Shown here in pieces: positions 47,916 to 58,178 of a stretch of DNA of 64,000 nucleotides; the stretch's first letter is position 1, and each line of letters opens with the position of its first letter. A program made the translations under genes and the position numbers. The stretch comes from Theionarchaea archaeon (GTDB lineage Archaea; Methanobacteriota_B; Thermococci; Methanofastidiosales; SZ-28-30), in NCBI GenBank assembly GCA_018992685.1, contig JACVGT010000003.1, positions 1-64,000 on the forward strand, written 5' to 3'. Under the pieces are notes generated by a model that searched no databases, was not told where the DNA came from, and saw nothing but the letters and a program-made list of their open reading frames with translations.

Positions 47916-49019
47916 ATGAACCACAAGGTTGGAATCATCGCAGACAGGCTCAACAGGACTCTAACAGGTGTAGGGATGTACGTGTACCACCTCGTAAATG
48001 AGCTCTCAAAGATAGAGGATATTGCTCTGATAACCTATCGGAATCCTTGCCCACCTCTTGACGTCCCCACAGAAATCATGAACCCCCTGGGAGCCTTCTC
48101 TGATCGCTCTCTCTATCTGTGGCATCTCTATGTGAATGGCGTTCTCCACCGTACCACTCAGTTCGACATCGTCCATTCCCCTGAAAATGCTGCTCTCATC
48201 ACCTCAGTGAAGTGCAAGAAAGTCGTCACTGTTCATGATCTGATTCTGTATTTGTTTCCCCACTATGGAGGAATCCTTCACAGAGCACGGTACAGGATGC
48301 TTCTCCCGTGGACTGCAAAGACTGCAGATCGTATCATTGCTGTTTCTCAGAGTACGAAACGGGACCTTGTCACCCTGGTAGGAGTGCCGCAGTACAAAAT
48401 CACAGTCATCTATCCAGGTGTGGGGCCTGAATTCAGCCCCTGTGACCCTCGTGCAGTCAGAGAGATACGGGAAAAATACCATCTCGAATGCCCCTTTATC
48501 CTGTACACGGGCACACTATCTCCTCACAAGAATGTTTCAACATTAGTTGCGTCCTTCAGGAAACTGAAAGACTCTGGGATGCCGCACTCTCTGGTACTGA
48601 CAGGGGCAAAAGGCTGGAGATACCACTCCGTGATAGAGACCATTGAGAGGCTGCACATGGAAAAGAATGTCATCCTCACCGGGTACATTCCCTCTGAGGA
48701 TCTTCCTGCTGTATACAGCGCAGCAGATGTGTATGTTTATCCTTCATTATATGAAGGGTTTGGGCTGCCCGTAGTTGAAGCTATGGCATGTGGATGTCCG
48801 GTGGTGGCCTCCACTGGGTCTTCACTACCTGAAGTCGTGGGAGATGCAGGGATTCTGGTCACTCCCACCGTAGATGAATTGACTGCCAGCATACAGGAGG
48901 TTCTCAAGGACGAGAGCTTGAGAGACGAGTTATCTCGAAAAGGACTGGAGCGAGCATCGAAATTCACCTGGAAGAAAACAGCAGCTGAAACAAAGAACGT
49001 ATATGAAGAACTGGCATAA
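47916..49019 (+). CDS. Glycosyltransferase family 4
   Basis: VTVHDL, PHKN, YEGFGLPVVEAMACG. Confidence 0.92.
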   Translation: MNHKVGIIADRLNRTLTGVGMYVYHLVNELSKIEDIALITYRNPCPPLDVPTEIMNPLGAFSDRSLYLWHLYVNGVLHRTTQFDIVHSPENAALITSVKCKKVVTVHDLILYLFPHYGGILHRARYRMLLPWTAKTADRIIAVSQSTKRDLVTLVGVPQYKITVIYPGVGPEFSPCDPRAVREIREKYHLECPFILYTGTLSPHKNVSTLVASFRKLKDSGMPHSLVLTGAKGWRYHSVIETIERLHMEKNVILTGYIPSEDLPAVYSAADVYVYPSLYEGFGLPVVEAMACGCPVVASTGSSLPEVVGDAGILVTPTVDELTASIQEVLKDESLRDELSRKGLERASKFTWKKTAAETKNVYEELA

Positions 49020-49035
49020 GAAGAGTTATTCACAC

Positions 49036-50229
49036 ATGCGAGATGGTACTGTGCACATATGTGATATTGCCCCTTTTGGTGTCTATCCCCCGAGGGGGGG
49101 AGGGCACAGCAGGATACACCATCTGAACCTGCAGGCTACACGGAAAGGACACACCGTCTTTTTGTTTTCACAGGGTATCAGGAGGTTTGAGCTCACAATC
49201 CCCCTGAAATCATGGACTACAGGCATTAATGAGAGATATACTGAATATCGCTATGTCAATATGCTGTCTTTGGCTGCAGCTCTCTTCACGGGGAGTGCGG
49301 GTGCTCCGCCCCTCCTTGCAGGAGATGTCCTTGATATTGTGCACCCTTCCGTCCTGACGAGAGCAGTTCATCAGAGTGATGTGGTAAAAGTTGAGCATCC
49401 CTGGCAGATGGAGTATCTAAAGAGTATTGCAGGGGACCTGCCGGTGGTGATAGTGGAAGCCAATGTGGAATGTGATTTGCTGCAACAGACACTGAACAAA
49501 AAGGTTCCCTATTCTCAATGGCTGTATGAGACAGCAGTGAAAAAGGAGCGGTCTGCTCTTGCCATGGCTGATGCAGTTATGGTGACTTCTTTCCGGGATA
49601 AGGAAACTCTCATCCGGAAATTCAAGGTGAAGGGTGCAGTTCATATTGTGCCCAATGGAGTTGACACATCTCTGATTTGTCCTGCATCCGAATCTGAGAA
49701 GGAAAAGGAAAAAGACAAGCTGGGGTTCTCCAATAAGACGGTTGTGTTGTTCACAGGATCTAGCCACCCACCTAATAGAGAGGCAGTTCGCCACATTGTG
49801 AGAATGGCCCATGATCTGCCAGAAACCCTTTTTGTGGTGGCAGGGAGAGTGGGAGATTCTCTGACAAGCACCAGAAATGTTCTCGTCACAGGATACGTAG
49901 AGGACATGACTTCCTTTCTCAGAGCTGCAGATATTGCTGTGAACCCCGTGACATCAGGGAGTGGGACTAATGTTAAAATGCTGGAGTACATGGCAGCAGG
50001 CCTCCCGGTGGTGTCCACTCCAACAGGTGTGAGAGGGCTAGATGTGGAGTCCGGAGTTCATGCCATGGTTCAGAATCTTGAAGAGTTCCCCTCTTCCCTT
50101 GACGTCATACTAAAGGATGAGGACCTTAGAGAGACTCTCAGTAGGAACGGGAGAACTCTTGTAGAGGAGAAATACAACTGGAAGAAGATCAGTGAGAAAG
50201 AGTTAGATATTTTGCAGCGACTTCTTTGA
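49036..50229 (+). CDS. Glycosyltransferase family 4
   Basis: VPNGVD, GSGTNVKMLEYMAAGLPVVST. Confidence 0.9.
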   Translation: MRDGTVHICDIAPFGVYPPRGGGHSRIHHLNLQATRKGHTVFLFSQGIRRFELTIPLKSWTTGINERYTEYRYVNMLSLAAALFTGSAGAPPLLAGDVLDIVHPSVLTRAVHQSDVVKVEHPWQMEYLKSIAGDLPVVIVEANVECDLLQQTLNKKVPYSQWLYETAVKKERSALAMADAVMVTSFRDKETLIRKFKVKGAVHIVPNGVDTSLICPASESEKEKEKDKLGFSNKTVVLFTGSSHPPNREAVRHIVRMAHDLPETLFVVAGRVGDSLTSTRNVLVTGYVEDMTSFLRAADIAVNPVTSGSGTNVKMLEYMAAGLPVVSTPTGVRGLDVESGVHAMVQNLEEFPSSLDVILKDEDLRETLSRNGRTLVEEKYNWKKISEKELDILQRLL

Positions 50230-51225
50230 GGTCCCGAATACAGCATCCACAACCCCCTGCAGGACTGATGTGACTACCGAGCTCTTTCCTTTCAGAGTGT
50301 AGACAGTGAGTTTTCTGGCAACCCACCCTGCGTAGAACAATGATGCCGTCACTCTCTTGAAGCCCTCACAGTGTCTCTTGATGAATATATACCTGTTTCT
50401 CACAAAATAGTACGCCATATGAGGACTGAACTCTCCGCCTGTGCTTCTGGCAATCTTGTGCCAGACTTTGCCTTGAGGGATATACACGCTGGTAAATCCT
50501 TTCTTGGAACATCGCACACAGAAGTCAGTTTCCTCAAAATAGGCAAAGTAGACAGGATCAAGAAGACCCACTGTCTCAAGGACGTCTCGCTTCACCAGGA
50601 AAGCACACCCCGGAATGTAGTCCACTTCCCCCTCATCGTACTTTCCATTAATTTCTCCTCGCCCCCTCTCTTTGGTTTTGCCTGTCCACCAGTTGATGAT
50701 ACCACCTGCAGCCTGTGTTCTCGTGGGGTCATCATAGTAATACAGGGTGGGCCCTGCAATGCCTGCTTTCTCGTGATGCTTTACCCCATTGATCAGCTCG
50801 GAAAGAAGAGACGGGTCAACTACAGTATCGTTATTCAACAGGAAGACGTAATCTGCCTCGCAGGAATGAAGAGCACATTGAATTCCAATATTATTTCCCT
50901 CCGCAAACCCGTAGTTTTCCTCATTCTTGATGAGGAGAAGATATCTCCCCGGTCTAGCGTTCCCTTCTGCTGTAGGTATATCAGCTCGGGCATACTCTTT
51001 GATTGTGATGGGGGGTTCTTCCCCGTGATATTGAAAAAAAGGTGATTCCACGTGTATTCTTCCTGAACAGTATTCCCGTATTTTCTGTACTGACTCATCC
51101 TGTGACCCATTATCCACTACAATGACGTCATATTCTGGGTAGTCCAGCCGATACACAGATTCCAGGCATTCGATGGTATCAGCCCAGCCATTCCAGTTCA
51201 GGATGACAATTGAAACTCTGCACAT
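50203..51225 (-). CDS. Glycosyltransferase family 2
   Basis: IVILNWNG, VDNGS, NYGFAEGNN, LLNNDT, YFEETD. Confidence 0.92.
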   Translation of the reverse strand: MCRVSIVILNWNGWADTIECLESVYRLDYPEYDVIVVDNGSQDESVQKIREYCSGRIHVESPFFQYHGEEPPITIKEYARADIPTAEGNARPGRYLLLIKNEENYGFAEGNNIGIQCALHSCEADYVFLLNNDTVVDPSLLSELINGVKHHEKAGIAGPTLYYYDDPTRTQAAGGIINWWTGKTKERGRGEINGKYDEGEVDYIPGCAFLVKRDVLETVGLLDPVYFAYFEETDFCVRCSKKGFTSVYIPQGKVWHKIARSTGGEFSPHMAYYFVRNRYIFIKRHCEGFKRVTASLFYAGWVARKLTVYTLKGKSSVVTSVLQGVVDAVFGTSKKSLQNI

Positions 51226-51238
51226 GGGTTACGCCTCT

Positions 51239-52411
51239 TCATTTCTTGTCTTTTTGTGGATGAAAGACTTTTTTCAAGAATTTCTCCAGCCAGCAGCAGG
51301 AATCAGTCTTGAAGATCCATTGTTCTGCCACGTCCCTGTAGTGAGGTAGTGTGTGAATGCGTTGTCTTTCCAGGAGGATCGTTTTGCTTTTCTTCACAAA
51401 GGAACTAAGTGATTTCTTTCCTAGGGCATGATTCAGCCGTATGAATTGCAGCAGCATGTATGCATACGAAGGCAAGAACATCACAATATACCGTAAAGGA
51501 AAGTACTTCATAACGATATAGAGTTTGTTCCTGATCTGGTAGTATTGAGTGGTGGCAGAAACATTCCCGGATACCCCCCGGTTATGGTATGCCACTGAGG
51601 TAGGCACGAGGACCACATCGTACCCTGCCAGTCTGATTCGCCACGAAAGGTCCACATCCTCAAATATTAGAAAGAAATCAGGATCAAAGAGTCCTACCTT
51701 CTCCAAGACGTGCCCTTTTACAATTTCTGCCGCTGCACAAGCTCCAAATATTTCGTGTACTGTGTCAAATCGCGCATCATCCTTTTTACCAAACCAGATA
51801 TCTCGTATAGCTCCATCTGAGTACAGTTCCTGGCCTACAGAATCAATGTAATGAGGATCTGAACTTCTGAGCAATTTGGGTTGAGCAGCTCCTACATCAG
51901 GATTATTTTCACAGGCAGCAACAAGTTCTGTAAGAAATGAGGGATCTACCACAATATCGTTATTAAGCAGGAGGACATAGTCTGGATTCATTCTTAAAGC
52001 AACCCTGATGCCAATGTTGTTCCCTTCTGCGAACCCATAGTTTTTCTCATTGGCGATGATGGTTATGCCTCGCGTTAGATGCGGTGTGATGACTTCTGAT
52101 TCTTTTCTGGTCAGTATTTGAAAGCTGAAGCCTGCTAGCGTACTTACCTGCGATCTGATACTGTCTATGCGATCGCTTTCTGGACTATTGTCAACTACCA
52201 GTACAGCCAGAGGGTCGTAATTGGTGTTGTACAGAGATTGTATACACTCCATAGTATCCTTCGGACTGCCCCAATGCAGGGTCACCACCATAACTGAAGG
52301 GTTTTCATGATACGTGGATCTTGTAGACCTGGTCATCTCGACATTGGGCTTGCCTTTCCTTTTTCTGTCAAGATTTTCAGTCATATTGTTTGATTCAGTA
52401 CTTTTCTTCAT
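51239..52411 (-). CDS. Glycosyltransferase family 2
   Basis: VVDNS, NYGFAEGNN, LLNNDI, FEDVDLSWR; start uncertain. Confidence 0.9.
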   Translation of the reverse strand: MKKSTESNNMTENLDRKRKGKPNVEMTRSTRSTYHENPSVMVVTLHWGSPKDTMECIQSLYNTNYDPLAVLVVDNSPESDRIDSIRSQVSTLAGFSFQILTRKESEVITPHLTRGITIIANEKNYGFAEGNNIGIRVALRMNPDYVLLLNNDIVVDPSFLTELVAACENNPDVGAAQPKLLRSSDPHYIDSVGQELYSDGAIRDIWFGKKDDARFDTVHEIFGACAAAEIVKGHVLEKVGLFDPDFFLIFEDVDLSWRIRLAGYDVVLVPTSVAYHNRGVSGNVSATTQYYQIRNKLYIVMKYFPLRYIVMFLPSYAYMLLQFIRLNHALGKKSLSSFVKKSKTILLERQRIHTLPHYRDVAEQWIFKTDSCCWLEKFLKKVFHPQKDKK

Positions 52412-52820
52412 TTAAGCTTACTGCTGGACGGTCTTTCATAACCTGGATCTTCAACAAATCTTCCATCCTGAATTTACGTCCAACGAAAATCCCTGCCAAT
52501 ATTGTGACAAAGAAAAATCCACGATTAAGACCTTGAGGCAACATGTCACATCTTTTTCCCTTCTACCAAAGAGTGCTACCATTTCAGAATCTGTCCTTGG
52601 CTGGTCCTCTGTCGAAGTGTCTCCTAAGACAATTCTGTTTCTGGAATGATATCCAAGATGTTTTCTGGATCTATTACTACAGAAAACGTGTAGTGTCCAT
52701 CCGGGAGAGAACAGGTTATTCAAGGATATGCTTTTTCCTCCAAGAGAATATCTGTGACCTGTTCTCCATGTAGGTTACTCTCATTGGGTTGCCCCCGGAG
52801 GAATTTCACTAGGGACAGTT

Positions 52821-52862
52821 GCTTAAATCTGTATGCACATGCTTATAAGTCTGTATACACAT
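52821..52862 (+). promoter_or_regulatory. vapBC promoter with tandem repeat (likely auto-operator)
   Basis: GCTTAAA-TCTGTATGCACAT / GCTTATAAGTCTGTATACACAT; contains TTATAA and the palindrome TGTATACA. Confidence 0.55.
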
Positions 52863-52870
52863 ACACATAC

Positions 52871-53083
52871 ATGAGCACAAAAACAATATCCATCACCAAG
52901 GATGTCTACGACATGTTGACAATGGAAAAAGGGGATAATGAGAGCTTCTCCGATGTAATCTCTCGATTAGTTAGAAGGAGATCGAAACTCTCCGACTCTT
53001 TTGGCAAGTGGGAAATGACGGACAGAGAAATAGAAGAATTCAAATCTGAACTTCACAGCATGTGGGAGGAGTGGCAAGTATGA
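52871..53083 (+). CDS. vapB: VapB-type antitoxin (DUF217-like)
   Basis: TKTISIT.DVY..L...K...ESFSDVI.RL; stop overlaps the toxin start (ATGA). Confidence 0.9.
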   Translation: MSTKTISITKDVYDMLTMEKGDNESFSDVISRLVRRRSKLSDSFGKWEMTDREIEEFKSELHSMWEEWQV

Positions 53084-53463
53084 AATGCCTTGATTCTGAT
53101 TTCCTGATTGATATTCTCGCTGGAAAAGAAGAAGCAGAACGCAAAATGCTGGAAATAGAGATTGAAAGGCTAGCGACCACTGCTATCAATGTCTTCGAGA
53201 TCCTATTTGGAGCAGAATATTCAAGGAACAAGAAGAATATTAAGGAGGCACTCAGGATAGTAGGTGGGCTGGATGTTTTTGCCTTTGATCAAGAGGCTGC
53301 TGAGGAAGCTAGTAAGATTCAGGTTCAATGTATACGAAGAGGAACCCGTCTTCCAATCCGTGATCTCTTCATTGCTTCAGTGGCAAAAGCTCATGAGTGT
53401 GTTGTTGTGACCAGAAATGTGAATCATTTCAGAGGTTGTGGACTAGAAATAGAGACGTGGTAG
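53080..53463 (+). CDS. vapC: VapC PIN-domain toxin
   Basis: LDSDFLID, FEI, DLFIAS, VTRNVNHF. Confidence 0.92.
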   Translation: MKCLDSDFLIDILAGKEEAERKMLEIEIERLATTAINVFEILFGAEYSRNKKNIKEALRIVGGLDVFAFDQEAAEEASKIQVQCIRRGTRLPIRDLFIASVAKAHECVVVTRNVNHFRGCGLEIETW

Positions 53464-53706
53464 TGTCAACCTATGGTGCAATGCCTGTGGACTGGACTGA
53501 GGAAAATCACAGGAACCTCATCTAATACATTCCGGCTTGATACACCTGTTATGATTGCTCTATTCTCAATCAGCAAATCACACAGACTATTACTTCTTAG
53601 AAATGCCGATATCACGTATTAATACAAGAACCTTTTCTTGGAGGATCGGAATATTGAAACACCTTTCTACGGGAACCTTATTAAGTACAAACTAGGAATC
53701 CTTCAT

Positions 53707-55308
53707 ATGGTACACACCGTGGTCATTGGGCTGGATGGTGCTACCTGGGATGTTCTATCCCCTCTGATACAAAAAGGAGAACTTCCCACCTTCAGGAATC
53801 TCGTGAACACAAGTGTATATGGCCCCTTGACTTCTACCATACCCCCCGTGACAGGCCCTTCCTGGGTCTCTGTGGCTACGGGCAGGAACCCTGGAAAAAC
53901 GGGCATCATTGACTTCATCAACAGGAAAGATTCATCCAGTAGATTATTCCCTGTGAATGCCTCCGATTTCAAGGATATTTCCTTCTGGGACTACATCAGC
54001 TCCAGAGGCTACACAGTGGGGATCGTAAACTTCCCCATGCTGTGGCCACCTTATCCTGTTAACGGGTTCATGATATCAGGACTTCATCTTTTACCTTCTG
54101 ACGCCATAACCTATCCCCAGCCTTTGAGAGAAGAAATTGACCAAGCCGTTGGAGGGTATGAGACAACTGTTGACTATCATCTGGAAAAATATAATGACGA
54201 AGATCTCCTGTTCCATGACATAATGAGAGTCCTGGACAAGAGGGCCAAGACGGTCCACTATCTGATGGAGACCTATCCTGTGGATTTATTTGTTGCCATC
54301 TTTTCCTGCACTGATTGGATTCAGCACGCCTTCTGGAAGTATTTCGATGAATCACATCCTGACCATAGAGAAAATTCCCCACGCACCCAGGATTTTGTCA
54401 CCTTCTGGAAGAAGATAGATGAGATTGTTGGTTCCATGATAGCTCAAGCGGGACCTGGTGCCACGGTGATAATCCTATCAGATCATGGATTTGGGCCCAG
54501 TGACCAATGTTTTAACCTGGCCCGGTGGCTTCACGAGAAGAATTACATGATCATACGTGAAGGAGAACCCATGTCCTGGAATACAACTCTGGAAAAGACA
54601 AGAAACCTGCTGAACAGAGGACCAGGAACCCTCATTGTCAAGGGTGGGAGGTTGCTGCTCAGGGGTATCCGGGGCCTCAAGCGTGAGATCAATCCCCTGT
54701 GGGGACACGGTCATTCCCTGGTTTTCACTGGGTTGAACATTGATTTCGAGGCAAGCAGGGCGTATTGCCTGGGACATACCATACCTTTTGGAGCAATCTA
54801 CATCCCGGAAGGGCAGCATCATAAAGAAACCAAGAAGGGGATAATTCATGACCTGAACAGACTGAGTGAAGAGACAGGAAAAGATATCACAGTGGAGATC
54901 TTTCTGCCAGAAAACCTCTTTGAGGGACCCAAAATGAGAGGATTACCTGATATTCTGTTCTCCATTAATAACTGGAGGTGTGTCATAACGGAGACAGACA
55001 TTAAAAAACCTCTCTTCATTGAGAGGCCGTACTCTGAAAGGCATACAGGTTCGCACAGGATGCATGGCATACTGGCAGCGTGCGGGCCTCGTATCAAGAA
55101 AGGCACTGTACAAGCTTCTGTTTACGATATTGCTCCCACGATACTCTCTCTATTTGGCATACCTGCACCCGGTGACATGGATGGGACTGTATTATCTCAG
55201 ATAGCGACTGAAAGAGTCCAAATTTTGGGAGAAGAGCCTCATATTGGACATGAAAAGGAAAAAATCCTGGAAAAGATAACTCGCCTGAAACGAGAAGACA
55301 AATTGTAG
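53707..55308 (+). CDS. Alkaline phosphatase superfamily (type I phosphodiesterase/nucleotide pyrophosphatase)
   Basis: IGLDGA, STIPPVT.PSW, TGRNPG, SDHGF, GSHRMHG, DIAPTIL. Confidence 0.9.
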   Translation: MVHTVVIGLDGATWDVLSPLIQKGELPTFRNLVNTSVYGPLTSTIPPVTGPSWVSVATGRNPGKTGIIDFINRKDSSSRLFPVNASDFKDISFWDYISSRGYTVGIVNFPMLWPPYPVNGFMISGLHLLPSDAITYPQPLREEIDQAVGGYETTVDYHLEKYNDEDLLFHDIMRVLDKRAKTVHYLMETYPVDLFVAIFSCTDWIQHAFWKYFDESHPDHRENSPRTQDFVTFWKKIDEIVGSMIAQAGPGATVIILSDHGFGPSDQCFNLARWLHEKNYMIIREGEPMSWNTTLEKTRNLLNRGPGTLIVKGGRLLLRGIRGLKREINPLWGHGHSLVFTGLNIDFEASRAYCLGHTIPFGAIYIPEGQHHKETKKGIIHDLNRLSEETGKDITVEIFLPENLFEGPKMRGLPDILFSINNWRCVITETDIKKPLFIERPYSERHTGSHRMHGILAACGPRIKKGTVQASVYDIAPTILSLFGIPAPGDMDGTVLSQIATERVQILGEEPHIGHEKEKILEKITRLKREDKL

Positions 55309-55315
55309 TGATTCT

Positions 55316-56101
55316 ATGGAATTCCATGGTATTATTCCTGACAAACCCCGCCACTATATAACCAGACAGCACATCACGCGATATGCATTCGCTTCCACTT
55401 ACGTTACGGGCAAGAAGGTGCTGGATATTGCCTGTGGGGCTGGATATGGATCCAGTTATCTGGCAGGATGCGGGGCTAGAATGGTGGTGGGAGTGGATGT
55501 ATCTGAGAGTGCACTCGCGTATGCCTGCAGCCACTACACGAGGGATAACCTCAATTTCTTACAAGGTGATGCAGTACGGTTACCTTTTGAGGATGATGAA
55601 TTTGATGTGATAGTATCCTTTGAAACTATAGAGCACATTGCCCAATCTCAAGAATACGTGAAGGAAATGAAAAGAGTCCTTTCCCCGCAGGGTATATTCA
55701 TCTGCTCCACTCCCCATGTCAAGTACACGCGACACCCTGTGTACCATGTGAAGGAGTTCTCTCCTGAGGAATTCTTCAGTCTACTTGAAGACACCTTTTA
55801 TCGTGTTGAACGGTACGCCCAGTTCATTACTATGGTAACACGGATACGTGACATTATTCCGATTACAGAGTACTATGGCAGGCTAGTTGCACGACTAAAG
55901 CGTTCATTACCTTTCAAGAGCAGGTTAAGGACTTTTAGGGACAGAATGTTTCCCCCTTCCTCGTGTCAGCATATATATGAGATCACATCAGGAGATATAG
56001 AAGCTTTCACCAGAGAAAGAGTAACCCTCCTGGAAGAGAAAGGGTTCTTTGATATAGTGAGGATCATGGTCGCAGTCTGTGAGAAGGAGGGCAACCAATG
56101 A
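55316..56101 (+). CDS. Class I SAM-dependent methyltransferase
   Basis: HITRY, VLDIACGAGYG, SFETIEH, STP. Confidence 0.9.
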   Translation: MEFHGIIPDKPRHYITRQHITRYAFASTYVTGKKVLDIACGAGYGSSYLAGCGARMVVGVDVSESALAYACSHYTRDNLNFLQGDAVRLPFEDDEFDVIVSFETIEHIAQSQEYVKEMKRVLSPQGIFICSTPHVKYTRHPVYHVKEFSPEEFFSLLEDTFYRVERYAQFITMVTRIRDIIPITEYYGRLVARLKRSLPFKSRLRTFRDRMFPPSSCQHIYEITSGDIEAFTRERVTLLEEKGFFDIVRIMVAVCEKEGNQ

Positions 56102-57258
56102 AGGTAGGGATTATCACTGATGGGCTGGAATATGCTCCCCTGAGTATTCGAAACTACATTGAAAACCTGGTAACGGCCCTTCTGAAGATTCATGGTGATA
56201 ATATCATCCTCCTCCACAGACAGAAGAGTTCTCATCCTCTCTATAGAGAAGGTAAGGAAATACTCCTTCCCGGCATTGATAAGGGTTCCTTATATAATCC
56301 TCTGTCATTCTTGAGAAGACGGATACATGATTTTTTCTACTATGTTGAGAACCGGAATTTCCTCGAAGAACTGGGGATTGATGTGGTGCACTTTCCTGAT
56401 CTGGGGAGGCCTGCTCCTCCCCTGTGCGCAGCATCGCTTCCCATGAAGATAGTGGTGACAAACCACGGGATGGCTCAGTTGTCACTCCCCGCCAGGTCAT
56501 GCTACGGGAGACCTGTGAGTAGACAGCAACTCATTGAACTGAAAGAGCTCTTGAAGTGGAGACTCGTATTCACCAAGAGATGTGAGGCTTTTATCACTGT
56601 CTCCGAGAGTGAGAGGAGGATCTTGGTTGAAAAGGGTTCTTTCCCTGAAGAGAGAGTGCATGTTATCTACCATGGTGTCTCCCCAGATTTCAGCCCACAA
56701 CCAATGACCAAGATTGAGAATGCCCTAGGGACGTATGGAATTGAGCGCCCGTATGTGCTTCACACCAGTGCGTATCAGCCCAAGAAGAATACCGAAAGAG
56801 TAATCAAAGCGTTCCAGAACCTTGACACAGATCATACGCTGGTGATTGTTGGACCTAGTCAGGCTAGCCAGAGACTTGGCGACGTGAAAAAGAAAGGTAG
56901 GATAATTGTGGCGGGATTTGTGGATAAAAAGGACCTGGTTTCGTTATACAGTGGAGCTGAAGCATTTGTATTTCCTTCTCTTCACGAGAGTTTTGGAATG
57001 CCTATACTGGAGGCCATGGGGTGCGGGTGCCCGGTTATAACTTCAGAGAGGTTTTCAATGCCAGAAGTGGCAGGAGATGCAGCTGTTCTGGTCAACCCGT
57101 ATTGTGTTGAAGATATCACATCTGGATTGAGAAAGGTTCTGACTGATCCTTCTTTTCGAGAAGAATTGAGAGAAAGAGGATTGGAAAGGGTGCAGAAGTT
57201 CTCCTGGGAAAAAAGTGCACGAGAGCATTGGACAGTCTACAAAAGAGCATCACAGTGA
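56098..57258 (+). CDS. Glycosyltransferase family 4
   Basis: PKKN, HESFGMPILEAMGCG, FSWEKSA. Confidence 0.92.
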   Translation: MKVGIITDGLEYAPLSIRNYIENLVTALLKIHGDNIILLHRQKSSHPLYREGKEILLPGIDKGSLYNPLSFLRRRIHDFFYYVENRNFLEELGIDVVHFPDLGRPAPPLCAASLPMKIVVTNHGMAQLSLPARSCYGRPVSRQQLIELKELLKWRLVFTKRCEAFITVSESERRILVEKGSFPEERVHVIYHGVSPDFSPQPMTKIENALGTYGIERPYVLHTSAYQPKKNTERVIKAFQNLDTDHTLVIVGPSQASQRLGDVKKKGRIIVAGFVDKKDLVSLYSGAEAFVFPSLHESFGMPILEAMGCGCPVITSERFSMPEVAGDAAVLVNPYCVEDITSGLRKVLTDPSFREELRERGLERVQKFSWEKSAREHWTVYKRASQ

Positions 57259-57366
57259 TTGTGGATGTACGTATGGGTCAGGTATGTGGATGATAAGGGA
57301 ACCATGACAAAATGTTTAAGGAGTGAAATCACACGCTGATGACGTAAGAATCCTAAAGGTGATACT

Positions 57367-58080
57367 ATGAAGGAACACGAACCCCAACCCTCTGAAGGGA
57401 TTGGAATGAAAGCGGTCCTCCGATTCGTTGTGTTTTTGCTGGTGATGCCCTTGACCCTTTTCATCGCTGCAGGTACGGTACACTGGACCATGGGCTGGAT
57501 CTACATACTTCTGTCCTATACGTTCACCGCAACCAGTAGAATAGTTGTTTTTTATAAGAATCCCGAAACGCTAAGAGAACGTGGAAGATCCTTGGACGCA
57601 GAGGATGTCAGGAGCTGGGATAAAGCACTCCTCCTGTTTGCAGCACTGCTTGGTCCCCTCGTCATGCTTCTCGTGGCAGGGCTTGACTTCAGATTTTCCT
57701 GGTCGCCACACATTCCAGGTTTGATTCAGTTACTGGCCTTGATTCCTGCACTATTGGGTTCTGTGATAGCTGGCTGGGCCATGATCGCGAATAAATTCTT
57801 TTCGGCTGTGGTGAGAATTCAAAAGGAACTGAATCAAACAGTTGTCAGAGATGGACCTTACAGAATTGTCCGTCATCCCGGATATCTCGGGGGAATTATT
57901 GGTATGCTTTCAACACCAGTGATACTTGGTTCTCTATGGGCACTATTACCTGCAGCATGTGTGGCAGGGCTGACCATTGTACGAACATCTCTTGAGGACA
58001 GAGCACTGAAAGAAGAACTTGATGGATACAGAGAGTATGCCCAGGACGTGAGATTCAGGTTGTTACCTGGCATCTGGTAG
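57367..58080 (+). CDS. Isoprenylcysteine carboxyl methyltransferase (ICMT/PEMT) family
   Basis: GPYRIVRHPGY, RTSLED..L, YREY, RLLPGIW. Confidence 0.9.
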   Translation: MKEHEPQPSEGIGMKAVLRFVVFLLVMPLTLFIAAGTVHWTMGWIYILLSYTFTATSRIVVFYKNPETLRERGRSLDAEDVRSWDKALLLFAALLGPLVMLLVAGLDFRFSWSPHIPGLIQLLALIPALLGSVIAGWAMIANKFFSAVVRIQKELNQTVVRDGPYRIVRHPGYLGGIIGMLSTPVILGSLWALLPAACVAGLTIVRTSLEDRALKEELDGYREYAQDVRFRLLPGIW

Positions 58081-58178
58081 CCCTTCCCCCTTTCGTGGCT
58101 GCCTCCTGCATATGTCTTCAGTGCCATTCAGCACAAATCGTTCCCGTCCGCTGATAAGATACTTCCAATCACCTTCCA

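Noticed and set aside
50203-50229. 27-bp overlap of convergent glycosyltransferase genes
   Set aside because: Short 3' overlaps of convergent genes are common in archaea
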